A stretch of 64,000 nucleotides of DNA from an uncultured Verrucomicrobiae bacterium (GTDB lineage: Bacteria > Verrucomicrobiota > Verrucomicrobiia > Limisphaerales > JAFGQR01): assembly GCA_963788655.1 (NCBI GenBank), contig CAWBHS010000038.1, forward strand, positions 96,001-160,000, read 5' to 3'. The notes under the pieces are model-generated. The model did no database searches. It was not told where the DNA came from and saw only the letters and a list, made by a program, of their open reading frames with translations. Position numbers and translations under genes: made by a program. This document shows positions 32,479 through 42,590 of the stretch, piece by piece (the stretch's first letter is position 1; the number at the start of each line of letters is the position of its first letter).

Positions 32479-33339
32479 TCAATACTGCATCTGCGGATTG
32501 ACGTTTGAGCCGTGAACGGCCGTGTGGCATCCGGCCGACCAGCATGTCCCTTGCCCCAGCATCTCGTGGTGCGGGACCTTGCCGATGAACAACTCCAGAC
32601 CGGCCGGCGCGCCGGTTCCTTGCACTTGCGCGTGACACTTCAAGCACAGGTTGTTGTCGCGCTCGACCAGCAGCTTCGCGTTGATCGAGCCGTGCGGTTG
32701 GTGGCAGACGACGCAGCCTTCGCGCAGGGCCTCGTGTTCGAACATGAACGGATGGGCTTGCTCGCGATGGCATTCGGCGCAGGTTTCGTTGCGCCGCGCC
32801 ATGGCCAATCCGCGCGCCGGCTTCATGAGGTCCAGCCCGTGCGGATCATGGCATTGCACGCAATTCATTTGGCCCTCCAGCACGGGATGGTGTTGCGGCA
32901 GGTTGAACTCGGCCTGGATTTCCAGATGGCAGTTGAAACAGGTGGCGGGATCGTTGCCTGGATTGACGATGAACCGTCCGCGCCCCCCTCCCGCGGCGAC
33001 GTGTTTGCTGCCTGGCCCGTGGCACGCTTCGCAACCCGAATTGCCAACGAGTTTCGCCGTCTCCACGTGGACGCGGCCGTGCGGGCTGAATGGGAAAACC
33101 CGTACAATGTTGGTGTGGCAATCGTAACAGACCTGGTTGCCGACCAAAGTGGCACCTTCAATCTCTGGCGGGGCGAGCACGGTGCGTTGCAGACTGGAAC
33201 ACGAAACCACCAGTGCGATCAAGCCCGCCCCGCTGGCCAACGGCAGAGCCCAACGACGCCTGTGAACGATGACGCGCCTGATGGTCCTGTGACATCTCCA
33301 GCTAAACGTGCAAGAGAATCTCTGAATGGCGCGCAACAT
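32479..33339 (-). CDS. Multiheme c-type cytochrome, DmsE/MtrA-like, probable lipoprotein (8 heme motifs)
   Basis: CYDCH, CEACH, CFNCH, CVQCH, CAECH, CVVCH, CLKCH plus CWSAGCH; GPGSKH, HDPHG, PFMFEH, HQPHGS, VHGSN motifs; LIALVVSC lipobox. Confidence 0.9.
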   Translation of the reverse strand: MLRAIQRFSCTFSWRCHRTIRRVIVHRRRWALPLASGAGLIALVVSCSSLQRTVLAPPEIEGATLVGNQVCYDCHTNIVRVFPFSPHGRVHVETAKLVGNSGCEACHGPGSKHVAAGGGRGRFIVNPGNDPATCFNCHLEIQAEFNLPQHHPVLEGQMNCVQCHDPHGLDLMKPARGLAMARRNETCAECHREQAHPFMFEHEALREGCVVCHQPHGSINAKLLVERDNNLCLKCHAQVQGTGAPAGLELFIGKVPHHEMLGQGTCWSAGCHTAVHGSNVNPQMQY

Positions 33340-33418
33340 GCCTGGGGGCAACTTGAGATTGGGGCAAATCCCGCCCGGCGTGGAGAAGATCACGCCGGGC
33401 GATTGAATGAACGGCGGA

Positions 33419-36400
33419 TTACCGCGTGACTTGGCCGCGGATTTCGCCACTGGGATGGTTGGGCGTATGGAAGTTCAGATACGTGGCGCCGTCGATGACG
33501 CTGAGCAAATTGCTCGTGACCAAGGAAACTGTTCCCGCCAGTCGTCCCGAGGCGTCGTACGCGCCCCCGTTGTATGGCGCAAGGTTCACTAGAATATCCG
33601 CCGTGGAGAAGGCGGAGGCGGTTGGACCGTGAATGTGGGAAGCAACGGCGGGTGCCGAAAGTCCCCGGTACGTGACGTTCAAGCCGAGTTGATTGCCCAC
33701 CAGCGTGAACGTGCCGGAACCGGTTCCATCGGACGCCACCGCATCGGGCCGTTCGTTCACCCCGCTGAGCGCCGCGCTCATGAGCACCGGCGCCAGTTGA
33801 CCGCGAATTTCGCCGCCGGTGTGCGCGCTCGTGTGAATGTTCACATAGCTCAGTCCGTTCAGGATCATCGCTTGTTGATCGGGGGTGAGATGGGCCGTGC
33901 CCGAAAAGGTGCCGCTGGTACCAAAGGAGCCGCCGTTATAGGGCAACAGGCTGACTTGTATGCCCGCCGGTTCGGCAGTGGTTGCCGGACCGTGAATGTG
34001 GGCCGCAATGGCCGCGGTGGAGAGATTGCTATAGACGAGATTGAACGTGAGCCAATCGCCTTCGAGACTGAAGATGCCGGTGCCGGAACCTGGCGTGGCC
34101 GCCGGATCGAGCCCGGCCGCTTCCCCGCTCAACATTACGGTCAACGGCACGGCGGTGGCTTGCGGGAGAATCTGGCCACGGATTTCGCCGCCCGAATGGG
34201 CCGCGGTGTGAACGTTCACATAAGTGCGACCGTCAATGACCGCCTTCAATTGATCCAGCGTGAGCGTGACCGTGCCGGAGAATGAACCGTCGCTGCCAAA
34301 AGGTCCGTCGCTGAAAGGCGCAAGACTCACCAGCACGCCGGCGTTTTCGGTGGCAGACGCCGGACCATGAATGTGCGCCAACACGGCGGCACCGGACAAT
34401 CCGCGGTAGGTAATGTTAAAGCTGAGCTGAGTGCCTACCAGCGCGAAGGTGCCCGAACCATGGCCTGCCGTCGTCACCGGATCCGGGGTGACGTTGGCCC
34501 CGTTGAGCGCGGCCTGCATCAACACCGGCGCAATCTGACCGCGGATTTCACCACCGGGATGGCTCGGAGTGTGGACGTTTACATAAGTCTGTCCCGCCAG
34601 GATCATGGCCTTTTGGGCGTCAGTTAAAACGACGGTGCCGGACAGCGTGCCCTCGGTGTCGAAGGCGCCGCCGTTGAAGGGAATCAGGCTGATCAAGATT
34701 CCGGCGATATTGGTCGTAGCCGCCGGACCGTGAATGTGCGCCGCCGTCGCCACGCCGCTCAAGCCGTGATACTCGAGGTCGAACCGCAGCGTGTTTCCGT
34801 CGAGACTCAAAGTTCCCGTGCCGCCCGCGTTGGGATTGCCCGGCGATGGTTCCAAGGCGCCGCTCATATAGACGGTGAGCGGAATGGGCGGTTGATGAGC
34901 CGTGTCCGCCACGCGGAAGATGCCAGCGTGGCCCGCCAACGGCGCATCGGCTTCGCTCTCATCAGTGAAGTCCGCGTTCATCCATGTGGGGTCCGTGACG
35001 GCATTCTTTTTCTGAAGTGCGAATGGTCCGGTGCCCCCGTTCAAGTAGGCGGCGAAGTTCGTTCCCCCTTCGTTTTCAACCAGGGTGACTTCGAGGGGCG
35101 GAGGAACCGGTACAATTTTGAGCATGATGCCGGTGTTTCCCGCCGGCCCCAGCATGCGGCTGCCGAAGACATAGAGTTCACCATCGGCGTTTTGGCCGAA
35201 ACCCCGGACCCAGCGACCCAGTGGACGATCTTCTCGGCCAATCTGGAATTCTTTGATGGTGGCATCGGTGTCCAAATAAAAGAGCCGGCCTGAGGGCGCG
35301 CCAAACGATCCCCAGTCCGCAAACACGTAGCGTCCTTCGAGCGTGGGCAGTTGCGCGCCGCGATAAACGTAACCGCTAATCACAACGGCGCCCTCGTCGT
35401 GGTCGTATTCAGCGATGGGATCAATCAAGTCCGGCGGCACCGGGCGCACGGGCAGGGTCACGACTTGGCCGAAATTCGGATCGTCCGCCAACTGAATCGA
35501 ACCAAAAGCTCCCTTCCTTGACGTTCCAACCGTAGTTGCCACCCTTCACGATAACGTCCACTTCTTCGATATTGTTTTGGCCGGCATCGGCGAGATAAAG
35601 CGCTCCGGTCAGCCGATCAAAGGTGAAGCTGAACGGATTGCGCAAGCCATAGGCATAGATTTCATCCAAGCCATCACCGCCCACGAACGGATTATCTGCC
35701 GGAATGCCGTATTGCGCGTTGGCCGAATTGCGCCCATCGATGTCCAGGCGAATAACTTTGCCCAGGATGCGGTTGATGTCTTGCGCATTGCCGCCGGGCA
35801 CATGGCCATCGGCCACATCGTTGGCTTGGCCGCCGTCGCCCAAAGTAATGTAGAGCAATCCATCCGGACCGAAGTGCATGGCGCCCGCGTTGTGGTTGGA
35901 CTGGGGTTCGTCGATGCGCAGGATTTCCCGGCGGCTGGCGACATCGATTTGGTTGGAATTGGCGGCATCGATATGCCATTCGGCGATGACCGATTGATGG
36001 TTGTTGGTGGCACCTTCCGGCATCACGGTGGGAAAATCAGCCGGGCCGGCGGTCGGTTCGGACGTGTAGGTGTAAACCAGTGGGTTGTCTGCAAAATCAG
36101 GATGGACAGCAACCCCGAGCAATCCGCGTTCGTCATAAACCCCTTGGGTCACCAACCGGGTATGCACGTCCAGCATGGGCGCATCGAGCTTGCCGGCGTT
36201 CGAAACCACCCAAATCTGGCCGGCCTGATCATACACCAACAGGCGTCCGCTCCCGTCGTCAGGCACCGCCATGCCCAACGGCGCGGCCAGGCCATCGACA
36301 ACGGTCTGAAATTCGATCACCTGGTCGCCTTTGGGAATGCTCTCAGGAATAGGTTCCGCAATCAGCACGCTGTTCACAGTGATCGTGACTTCTGCGGAAG

Positions 36401-37269
36401 TGGTGCTGGCGCCCTGGTCATCAGTGGCCACCGCCGTGAGCGGGTGGCTGCCGGGGTAGAAGGTGATGGTCATTTGGTAGGGAAATGTGGCAATTACCCC
36501 AAGCGAGTTCGTTCCATCGAAGAATTCGACCTGAGTCACGGAGCCGTCGGTATCATTTGCGGCTGCTTGAATCGTTATTGTTGCGTCCGCGGTGAACGTA
36601 GCGCCATTGGCGGGATCCGTGATGGCTACAGTGGGCGGTTGGTTGGCCGCAGTGACGGTAACGTTCACCGCCGCCGAGGTGGTGATCAGGCCGCCGTTGT
36701 CAGTGGCACGGGCCGTCAGCGTGTAGTTGCCGGCGGGCAGATTGTTCGCCGTGACACCAAAGGGAGCGGTGGGGTCCGAACCCACTGAGGTATTGTTGAC
36801 AAAGAACTCTACATTCATCACCGTCCCGTCGCTGTCACTGGCATCAGCTTGCACTGCAAAGGTGGCCGGGGCACTGAAGCTGGTGCCATTGGCCGGATTG
36901 GTCACGGTGACCGAGGGGGGCGTGTTGGCCACGCTCTGCACCAGCACGGCACCATGCATAAATGGATGCGGACTGCAATGATAGTTGAACGTGCCGGGCG
37001 CATTGAACGTATGACTATACGTAGCCGGCCCCGTGGTCATGAGCAGGGGACTGTTCAACGTGGTGTCGGGCGAATCACTGGTGACGGTGTGCGCCGTCCC
37101 GGCGTCCATCATCGTCCAGACGACAGTGTCGCCGGCGTTCACGGTGACGCTGTCCGGGTGGAAGGCAAAGCCTTGGATACTCACGTTCATGGTGGCCGCC
37201 GAAAGACTCAAGGGACCGCGAAGCCAACAGCCAGAGCCAGAACCAACCTAATTTCGAATACTGTTTCAT
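33419..37269 (-). CDS. Secreted multidomain protein: cupredoxin + 2 Ig-like + PQQ-dependent glucose/sorbosone dehydrogenase + 4 CHRD (frameshifts near 37213 and 35490)
   Basis: Signal MKQYSKLGWFWLWLL; HTVT...YHCSPHPFM type-1 Cu site; two PPSVTVTNPANG/PPTVAITDPANG Ig repeats; ERGLLGVAVHPDF, NHNAG, FGPDGLLYITLGDGG, YAYGLRNP; four AHIHGP...YVNVHT...GEIRGQ repeats. Confidence 0.85.
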
Positions 37270-37771
37270 GTTGCTAATTTCCTTTCATGTTTGAGAGGTA
37301 TTGAAGACGGCGGTTGAATGAAAACCTCGGCCCGCACCGCCGGAGGCGGATCCGACAAGACGGCACAATCCGGATGGGGACGGCAAACGCCTTGCTGCCC
37401 CACCGGGCGATCCGGAGCCACCTTCGGCGACGTGGTCTATCCGAACCGACACTCAGGTGCCAATTGTTCATACTTATGGGATGCATGAGATACCGTGTTG
37501 GTTCCCGGCGAACGAAATTTCTTCTGGCCTTCGATGACTGCAGGGTGTACGGGACCATATTTGGACGCAATTGCCGAGGCCTCGCGGTTCTGCCTCAAGG
37601 ATGCGCACTGCTTTGGAGCGAGCAGGGATGGTCTTGTCCGTTTGCGATGATGCCAAGTGGGATGGCGGGCAGACAACAGTGTCTCCGCTCCGATTGACGA
37701 ATTCGAGACCACTGCGCGCTGCACTTGGAAACGGTGCAGTCGCCTGCTTGGGTGACAAAGGCTTGTGACGC

Positions 37772-37999
37772 ATGGGAAAAGCGCGAACAAAAAACAGAAA
37801 CCTCGAACCGCTTCCCGCCAGAGCAGCACAAATCCTGGCGAGGCTAAAGTCGGTCCGCGGTCTGGACGACGACGAAAAGTCGGTCCACGCCTTGGGACTC
37901 GCCGCCACCCCCCAAGAGCGTTGGAACCTGCACGAGCGATACGTCCGCTCATTAGGTTATTGGAAACCCTTGAAGCGGAAAGCATGGGTTACGCACTGA
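37772..37999 (+). CDS. Small hypothetical protein, possible partner of the downstream nucleotidyltransferase-like gene
   Basis: 75-aa ORF (GLAATPQERW) overlapping the next remnant. Confidence 0.45.
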   Translation: MGKARTKNRNLEPLPARAAQILARLKSVRGLDDDEKSVHALGLAATPQERWNLHERYVRSLGYWKPLKRKAWVTH

Positions 38000-38220
38000 T
38001 CGGAATGTCGGACGCCATCGCCCAGGGGGTCATGGCAACGACCCTGGATGTGGAGTTGTGGATCAACCTGCCCAGTCACCAGCGTATCCCGGTATTGAAC
38101 CTTGCCGCCAAATTGGGAGCGACAGTCGCAGCCAATACCGTTGTCTATTTGGAGGATGGAACGCAGGTGACCTTGGTTTATGAGGTGACCGGACTGGGGA
38201 GTCTCGCCCTACCTTGCTGA
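37950..38220 (+). pseudogene. Degenerate nucleotidyltransferase-like gene
   Basis: YALIGMSDAIAQGVMATTLDVELW resembles the hG..A...G....T.D.D NTase motif; truncated. Confidence 0.5.
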
Positions 38221-38416
38221 TCATTGAAAGCCAGATTTGCTGCGCATACGCTGGAAGCGTGGGACAATTACCGCGTTCGTCGAAACGATGACCTTGGAAG
38301 AGGCTGCCGATGTTCCAAATCCGGTTCCCGGCGGGCCTTGCTCAGTCCCAAACTTTCCTGCTTGTGCTGAGGGTAGGATTGTGCATGATGAGGCGGGTTT
38401 CACATTTAATCTCATT

Positions 38417-39274
38417 ATGCGCACGTTTCGCTGGATTGCTCTGTTTGTGGCGGCTGTCATCGTGGTTGCGCTCATTATCCTGTGGAGTGGCGGCTTCCGA
38501 GAACCCGCAACCGCACCGATGTCCCCTGGCGCCTTGCCGCCGGTTTTGGTTGAGTGGAACATCGAGCCCATGGAGGCGGTTGAAGGTCAGCCCATCCGCG
38601 TGTCGGGCAAGATCGAGCCCGGCGATGCTCCCCTGGGTTTTGTGGAGCTGTTTCTCACCGACGAACAAAATGGGGTGATGCACGGCGAGGGCTGGTGGCG
38701 CGCCGAAGAGAAGCGGTTGGCCGCAGACGGCGAGTTCACCTTTGAAATCACCCCGCAAGCAGGTCCGCTCTGGATTGGGGCGCACTTTCGCGATCTCAAG
38801 GGCGTGGGCAACGACGAACGCAATCCCGCCCGCCGAAGGGGCTATGGCGCGCTTGGCCCCACGCGAGTGATGATTCGTCCCGCTGCTACGCCTGCGCCCA
38901 AACCGCTGCTCGCCGTCCAGTCCGTGCCGCCGGCGTTGACACGCTTCGATATCACGCCCACCAACGCCGCGCCGATGGAAACCATTGTCCTGGAAGGCGA
39001 CGTCGCGCTGGGCTCCGCTCCTTTGAAGCAGGTCGAGTTGTGGCGGGCGGTGGATGAGCATGACTCGATGAATGGCGTGGATTGGAAGATGGTCGGTATT
39101 CGCCGCGGCCCATCCACCACCACGAATTTCCGGTTTCAGGTGCAATTGCCGCGCGACGTGTATTGGTTTGGCATCCACCTCGTTGACCAACGGGACAAAA
39201 AGAACGACGAACTCAATGCGTCCAACCGCCCCGGCTTTCCCGTGCTGGGACCGCGGCGCGTGGTTGTCGAGTAA
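38417..39274 (+). CDS. Membrane-anchored hypothetical protein with two tandem ~110-aa domains
   Basis: N-terminal TM helix; repeats share APL..VEL, M(H/N)G..W, W(I/F)G.H..D....NDE.N...R.G...LGP.RV. Confidence 0.7.
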   Translation: MRTFRWIALFVAAVIVVALIILWSGGFREPATAPMSPGALPPVLVEWNIEPMEAVEGQPIRVSGKIEPGDAPLGFVELFLTDEQNGVMHGEGWWRAEEKRLAADGEFTFEITPQAGPLWIGAHFRDLKGVGNDERNPARRRGYGALGPTRVMIRPAATPAPKPLLAVQSVPPALTRFDITPTNAAPMETIVLEGDVALGSAPLKQVELWRAVDEHDSMNGVDWKMVGIRRGPSTTTNFRFQVQLPRDVYWFGIHLVDQRDKKNDELNASNRPGFPVLGPRRVVVE

Positions 39275-39289
39275 CCAAAGGTTCGAGCC

Positions 39290-40253
39290 ATGCCGGAGAA
39301 TCTCCCCGCACCCGCAGTCAAAAGCGATCCCGCTCGGGGTGGGTGTTTTGCGTTCTCCTGTTCTTCTTTGCCTATCTGCACCAGCACGACGGTTGGAACC
39401 AGAACTCGCGGCTCGATCTGCTGCACTCCATTTGGACGCATCACACGTTCAACATTGACGCCTATCACTTCAACACCGGCGACAAGTCGGTGTACGACGG
39501 ACACTATTATTCTGACAAGGCGCCCGGAATTGTATTGCTGGCGCTGCCGGCCTTCATGCTTTCGGCGCTGATGCTGAAGTTCACCGGCATGTCACTCGAT
39601 GCCGCCGGCGGATGGGAGTTTGCCGACTGGTTCGCCACGGTGGGTTCGGTCGGCTGGGTGACCGCCCTTGGGGGAATGGTGTTTTATCGGATGCTGCGAA
39701 ACTGGATGGCTGCACGGCTGGCGCTTTTTGGAGGCCGTTCTACTTGCTGATACTGCCGGCTATTTTCTTTTTGTGGAAGGCCCACCGGAAGCTCCTAGCA
39801 GTCGTTGGCTTGGTCAGCGTCCTCCAAGTCGTGGCGATTGCGGGTTATTACATGCCGGACGGCGGGGCGGCGCTGGGGCCGCGATTGTTGGCGCCGATGA
39901 TTCCTTTCATTGGCTTGGCGGCGGCGGCTGGTTTCAAGATCGTTCCCCGGATTGGATCAATTTTGGGAATCGTGTCCGTGGTGATGATGGGGGTCGCGAC
40001 CTTCATCAACAGCATGCCACCGCAGGGCATGAGCAATTTGTTGCATGGCTACTACCTTCCCCGGCTAACGCAATTTCGGTTTCAATGGACGTGGTTGGGG
40101 CAGTTCGGATTGGGTGGTGTGTGGCCTCTGCTGCCTCTCGCGGGCGTAATGCTTTACCTGATGTGGGAGCTTTCCTCGCTGTTCTGGAAACGACGCCGTG
40201 AATGGGTGCTGGAGGATGATCCGGTCAAACAGCGCCGCCGGCCCATCAATTGA
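39290..40253 (+). pseudogene. Polytopic membrane protein (GT-C-like), apparently internally deleted/frameshifted
   Basis: WNQNSRLDL...NTGDKSVYDGHYYSDKAPG luminal loop; abrupt join near 39730 to a C-terminal part with GGAALGPRLLAP. Confidence 0.55.
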
Positions 40254-40504
40254 TCAGCGTAACGAAACTCCAGTTCAGTGGCCTGAGCGACCTTCCAGCG
40301 CGGAGCCGATTGCTTCGCGTTTTTGAAGGCAACTTATCCTCTCAGTTCGGTTCTGGTTACGCCAGGTTGGGATTTCTGCCTTCGAGTTCAATTAACGCTT
40401 TCTCCAGTGCCACCGGCCAGCGGTTCCCGAGCAACTCAAAGCATGCGCGTGCTGGAATGAACGCATTGGAATCGGCGGCTTGCTGTTTTTGGTGGTGCCA
40501 CCCT

Positions 40505-41122
40505 TCAGTATCCCATCGGAACGACAAATCCATCTACCGTTCCCTTTGGCGAACACACCTCACCGTAAGTAATACCTTTCTCGCGTAGGTTTTTGGCGAT
40601 GCGACCAACACAGCATGTTGCGCATAGGGAGAGGGGAGCAGGGTTACTTCGGAGGAGCGTTGCGGAAATCCCCAAGTCCAACGTTTCGGAGAAATTGCCG
40701 CTGTTGAGGCCGCTTGATTCGATCCACAAAAACCTCGCCGCTTGTCCGCAAGTGTGACACTGGGCGTCCAGATACGCCAGCAGTGAAACCACGTCATCGG
40801 CGATTTTCGAATCCTTAAAATTGTCACGCCATTCCTTGACAGGTTGGAAGACGTAGGACGGCGGTCCGGGCGCTGGTTGGATGATAACAGCACGACCTGT
40901 AAATGCTGCGTAATCTTCCTCGATTTGCGCCACCAGGCACTGCCAGCACAGCGGTTTTATGTTCGCCAGGTCTTCCGCCTCCTCGTCGTACCCATATTCA
41001 GCAACCGCACCACAGACGCTGCACGGTTTGCCCACTGGCCAGACGGGTTTTCGCCTCACAATGAATAAGATGGCAGCTACGATACCGAATGTTAAAAGGA
41101 CCAGCGATAGGGTGGTGTTCAT
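40505..41122 (-). CDS. Hypothetical protein, N-terminal TM helix and four CxxC pairs
   Basis: CSVC, CWQC, CHTC, CATC motifs; start uncertain (track gives 41272). Confidence 0.6.
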   Translation of the reverse strand: MNTTLSLVLLTFGIVAAILFIVRRKPVWPVGKPCSVCGAVAEYGYDEEAEDLANIKPLCWQCLVAQIEEDYAAFTGRAVIIQPAPGPPSYVFQPVKEWRDNFKDSKIADDVVSLLAYLDAQCHTCGQAARFLWIESSGLNSGNFSETLDLGISATLLRSNPAPLSLCATCCVGRIAKNLREKGITYGEVCSPKGTVDGFVVPMGY

Positions 41123-41387
41123 AGCTCGTTGTTGGCCATCGAGCCAACTTCCAATTAGACCTTTTGGCAGACCAACGAGTTGAATGGCTGAATTCGGCAG
41201 AAAGACCGTTGGTCCTGTTTTGTTGGGCAGTGGCTCCGAATCCATAACCTCCGTATCAAAAGCAATACTCATCCGGAAGTCAATGCTTAACTTGCGCCTG
41301 ATCAGGCCTCTGTTTCCGGTTGTCGTTGGGTCGGACCGGTGAAAATTCAGTTTGCCTTTTGACCGACATTACCTATTTGTATTCGTC

Positions 41388-42431
41388 ATGAATACTCTTC
41401 GATTGGGTGGACGGCTGGTATGGTTGTTCGTTTTTGTCTCGTTGACTGGCGCTACGGCACGGGCGCACACGGCTGCGGAAGAAATGGTCGAAGCTGCCAG
41501 TCACTGGCTGGCCGCGCTGGCACCCGCGCAACGGGCGCAAGCCACCTTTGACTTGGCGGACGCGGAACGGACCAACTGGCACTACGTTCCCCGAGCGCGG
41601 AAGGGGCTACCGTTCAAGGAAATGACCCCGGCGCAGCACAAGCTCGCCCATGCCTTGCTCAGCACCGGCTTGAGTCAACGTGGCTATGTGAAGGCGGTGA
41701 CGATCATGAGCCTCGAACAGGTGCTCCGCGACTTGGAATCCGGCCGTGGTCCGCTGCGGGATGCCGATGGATATTTCGTTTCCATCTTTGGCACACCGGG
41801 GCCCAAGGGCACTTGGGGGTGGCGCGTCGAAGGCCACCATCTTTCACTCAACTTCACCATTGTGGACGGGCAGGACATCGCCGCGACGCCCTCGTTTTTT
41901 GGCTCCAATCCCGCCGAGGTGAAAACCGGTCCCCGCCAGGGACTGCGCGTGTTGGCCAATGAAGAAGATCTGGGCCGTCAATTGGTCAAATCACTCGACG
42001 CCAAGCAGCGCACGACGGCCATCCTCACGAACGCGGCGTTCAAAGACATCCTCACGGGCGATGCCCGGAAGATCAAGCCGCTCGAACCGGCCGGACTGTT
42101 GGCGGCCAATATGTCGCCCGAACAGCAGGCCGTGCTGCACCGGGTGGTGGAAGAATACGTTCGGCGGCATCGCCCCGAAATCGCCGACCATGATTTGGAG
42201 AAAATCGAAAAAGCCGGCTGGGAGCGGATTGGGTTCGTCTGGGCCGGTGGCCTCGATCGCGGGCAAGCTCATTACTACCGGGTGCAAGGCCCTACGTTTG
42301 TCCTGGAATACGACAATACGCAGGACAACGCCAATCACATCCATTCGGTCTGGCGCGATTTCGAGAACGATTTTGGCGAAGATTTGTTGCGCCGGCATTA
42401 CGAGGAAACACCGCACGGGAAGCAGAAGTAG
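41388..42431 (+). CDS. DUF3500-domain exported protein
   Basis: ERTNWHYVP, WGWRVEGHHLSLNF, HYYRVQGPTFVLEYDNTQDNANHIHSVWRD. Confidence 0.92.
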   Translation: MNTLRLGGRLVWLFVFVSLTGATARAHTAAEEMVEAASHWLAALAPAQRAQATFDLADAERTNWHYVPRARKGLPFKEMTPAQHKLAHALLSTGLSQRGYVKAVTIMSLEQVLRDLESGRGPLRDADGYFVSIFGTPGPKGTWGWRVEGHHLSLNFTIVDGQDIAATPSFFGSNPAEVKTGPRQGLRVLANEEDLGRQLVKSLDAKQRTTAILTNAAFKDILTGDARKIKPLEPAGLLAANMSPEQQAVLHRVVEEYVRRHRPEIADHDLEKIEKAGWERIGFVWAGGLDRGQAHYYRVQGPTFVLEYDNTQDNANHIHSVWRDFENDFGEDLLRRHYEETPHGKQK

Positions 42432-42590
42432 AATCCGAAAATCAAAGGCCGAAATCCGAAATCCGGTTGCCGAAAGCAGCTCCCGTTTTGAGCGATTGCT
42501 GGAGGAACCTCCGCCGGAACGAAGCACTTCGGATTTCGGCGCTCCTTTTTCGTTCTTTTCGGCCTGCTCGTCACCAGTTATACCATGGTG

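Noticed and set aside
37280..37760. Long leader upstream of the cupredoxin-GSDH-CHRD gene as a possible riboswitch or sigma-54 promoter
   Set aside because: No convincing riboswitch consensus, and the TGGCAC motif lacks a properly spaced TTGC; needs an Rfam/Infernal scan.
40255..40375. Non-coding stretch that may be half of a MITE-like interspersed repeat
   Set aside because: Single copy in this window with no partner IR; cannot be supported without a genome-wide search.
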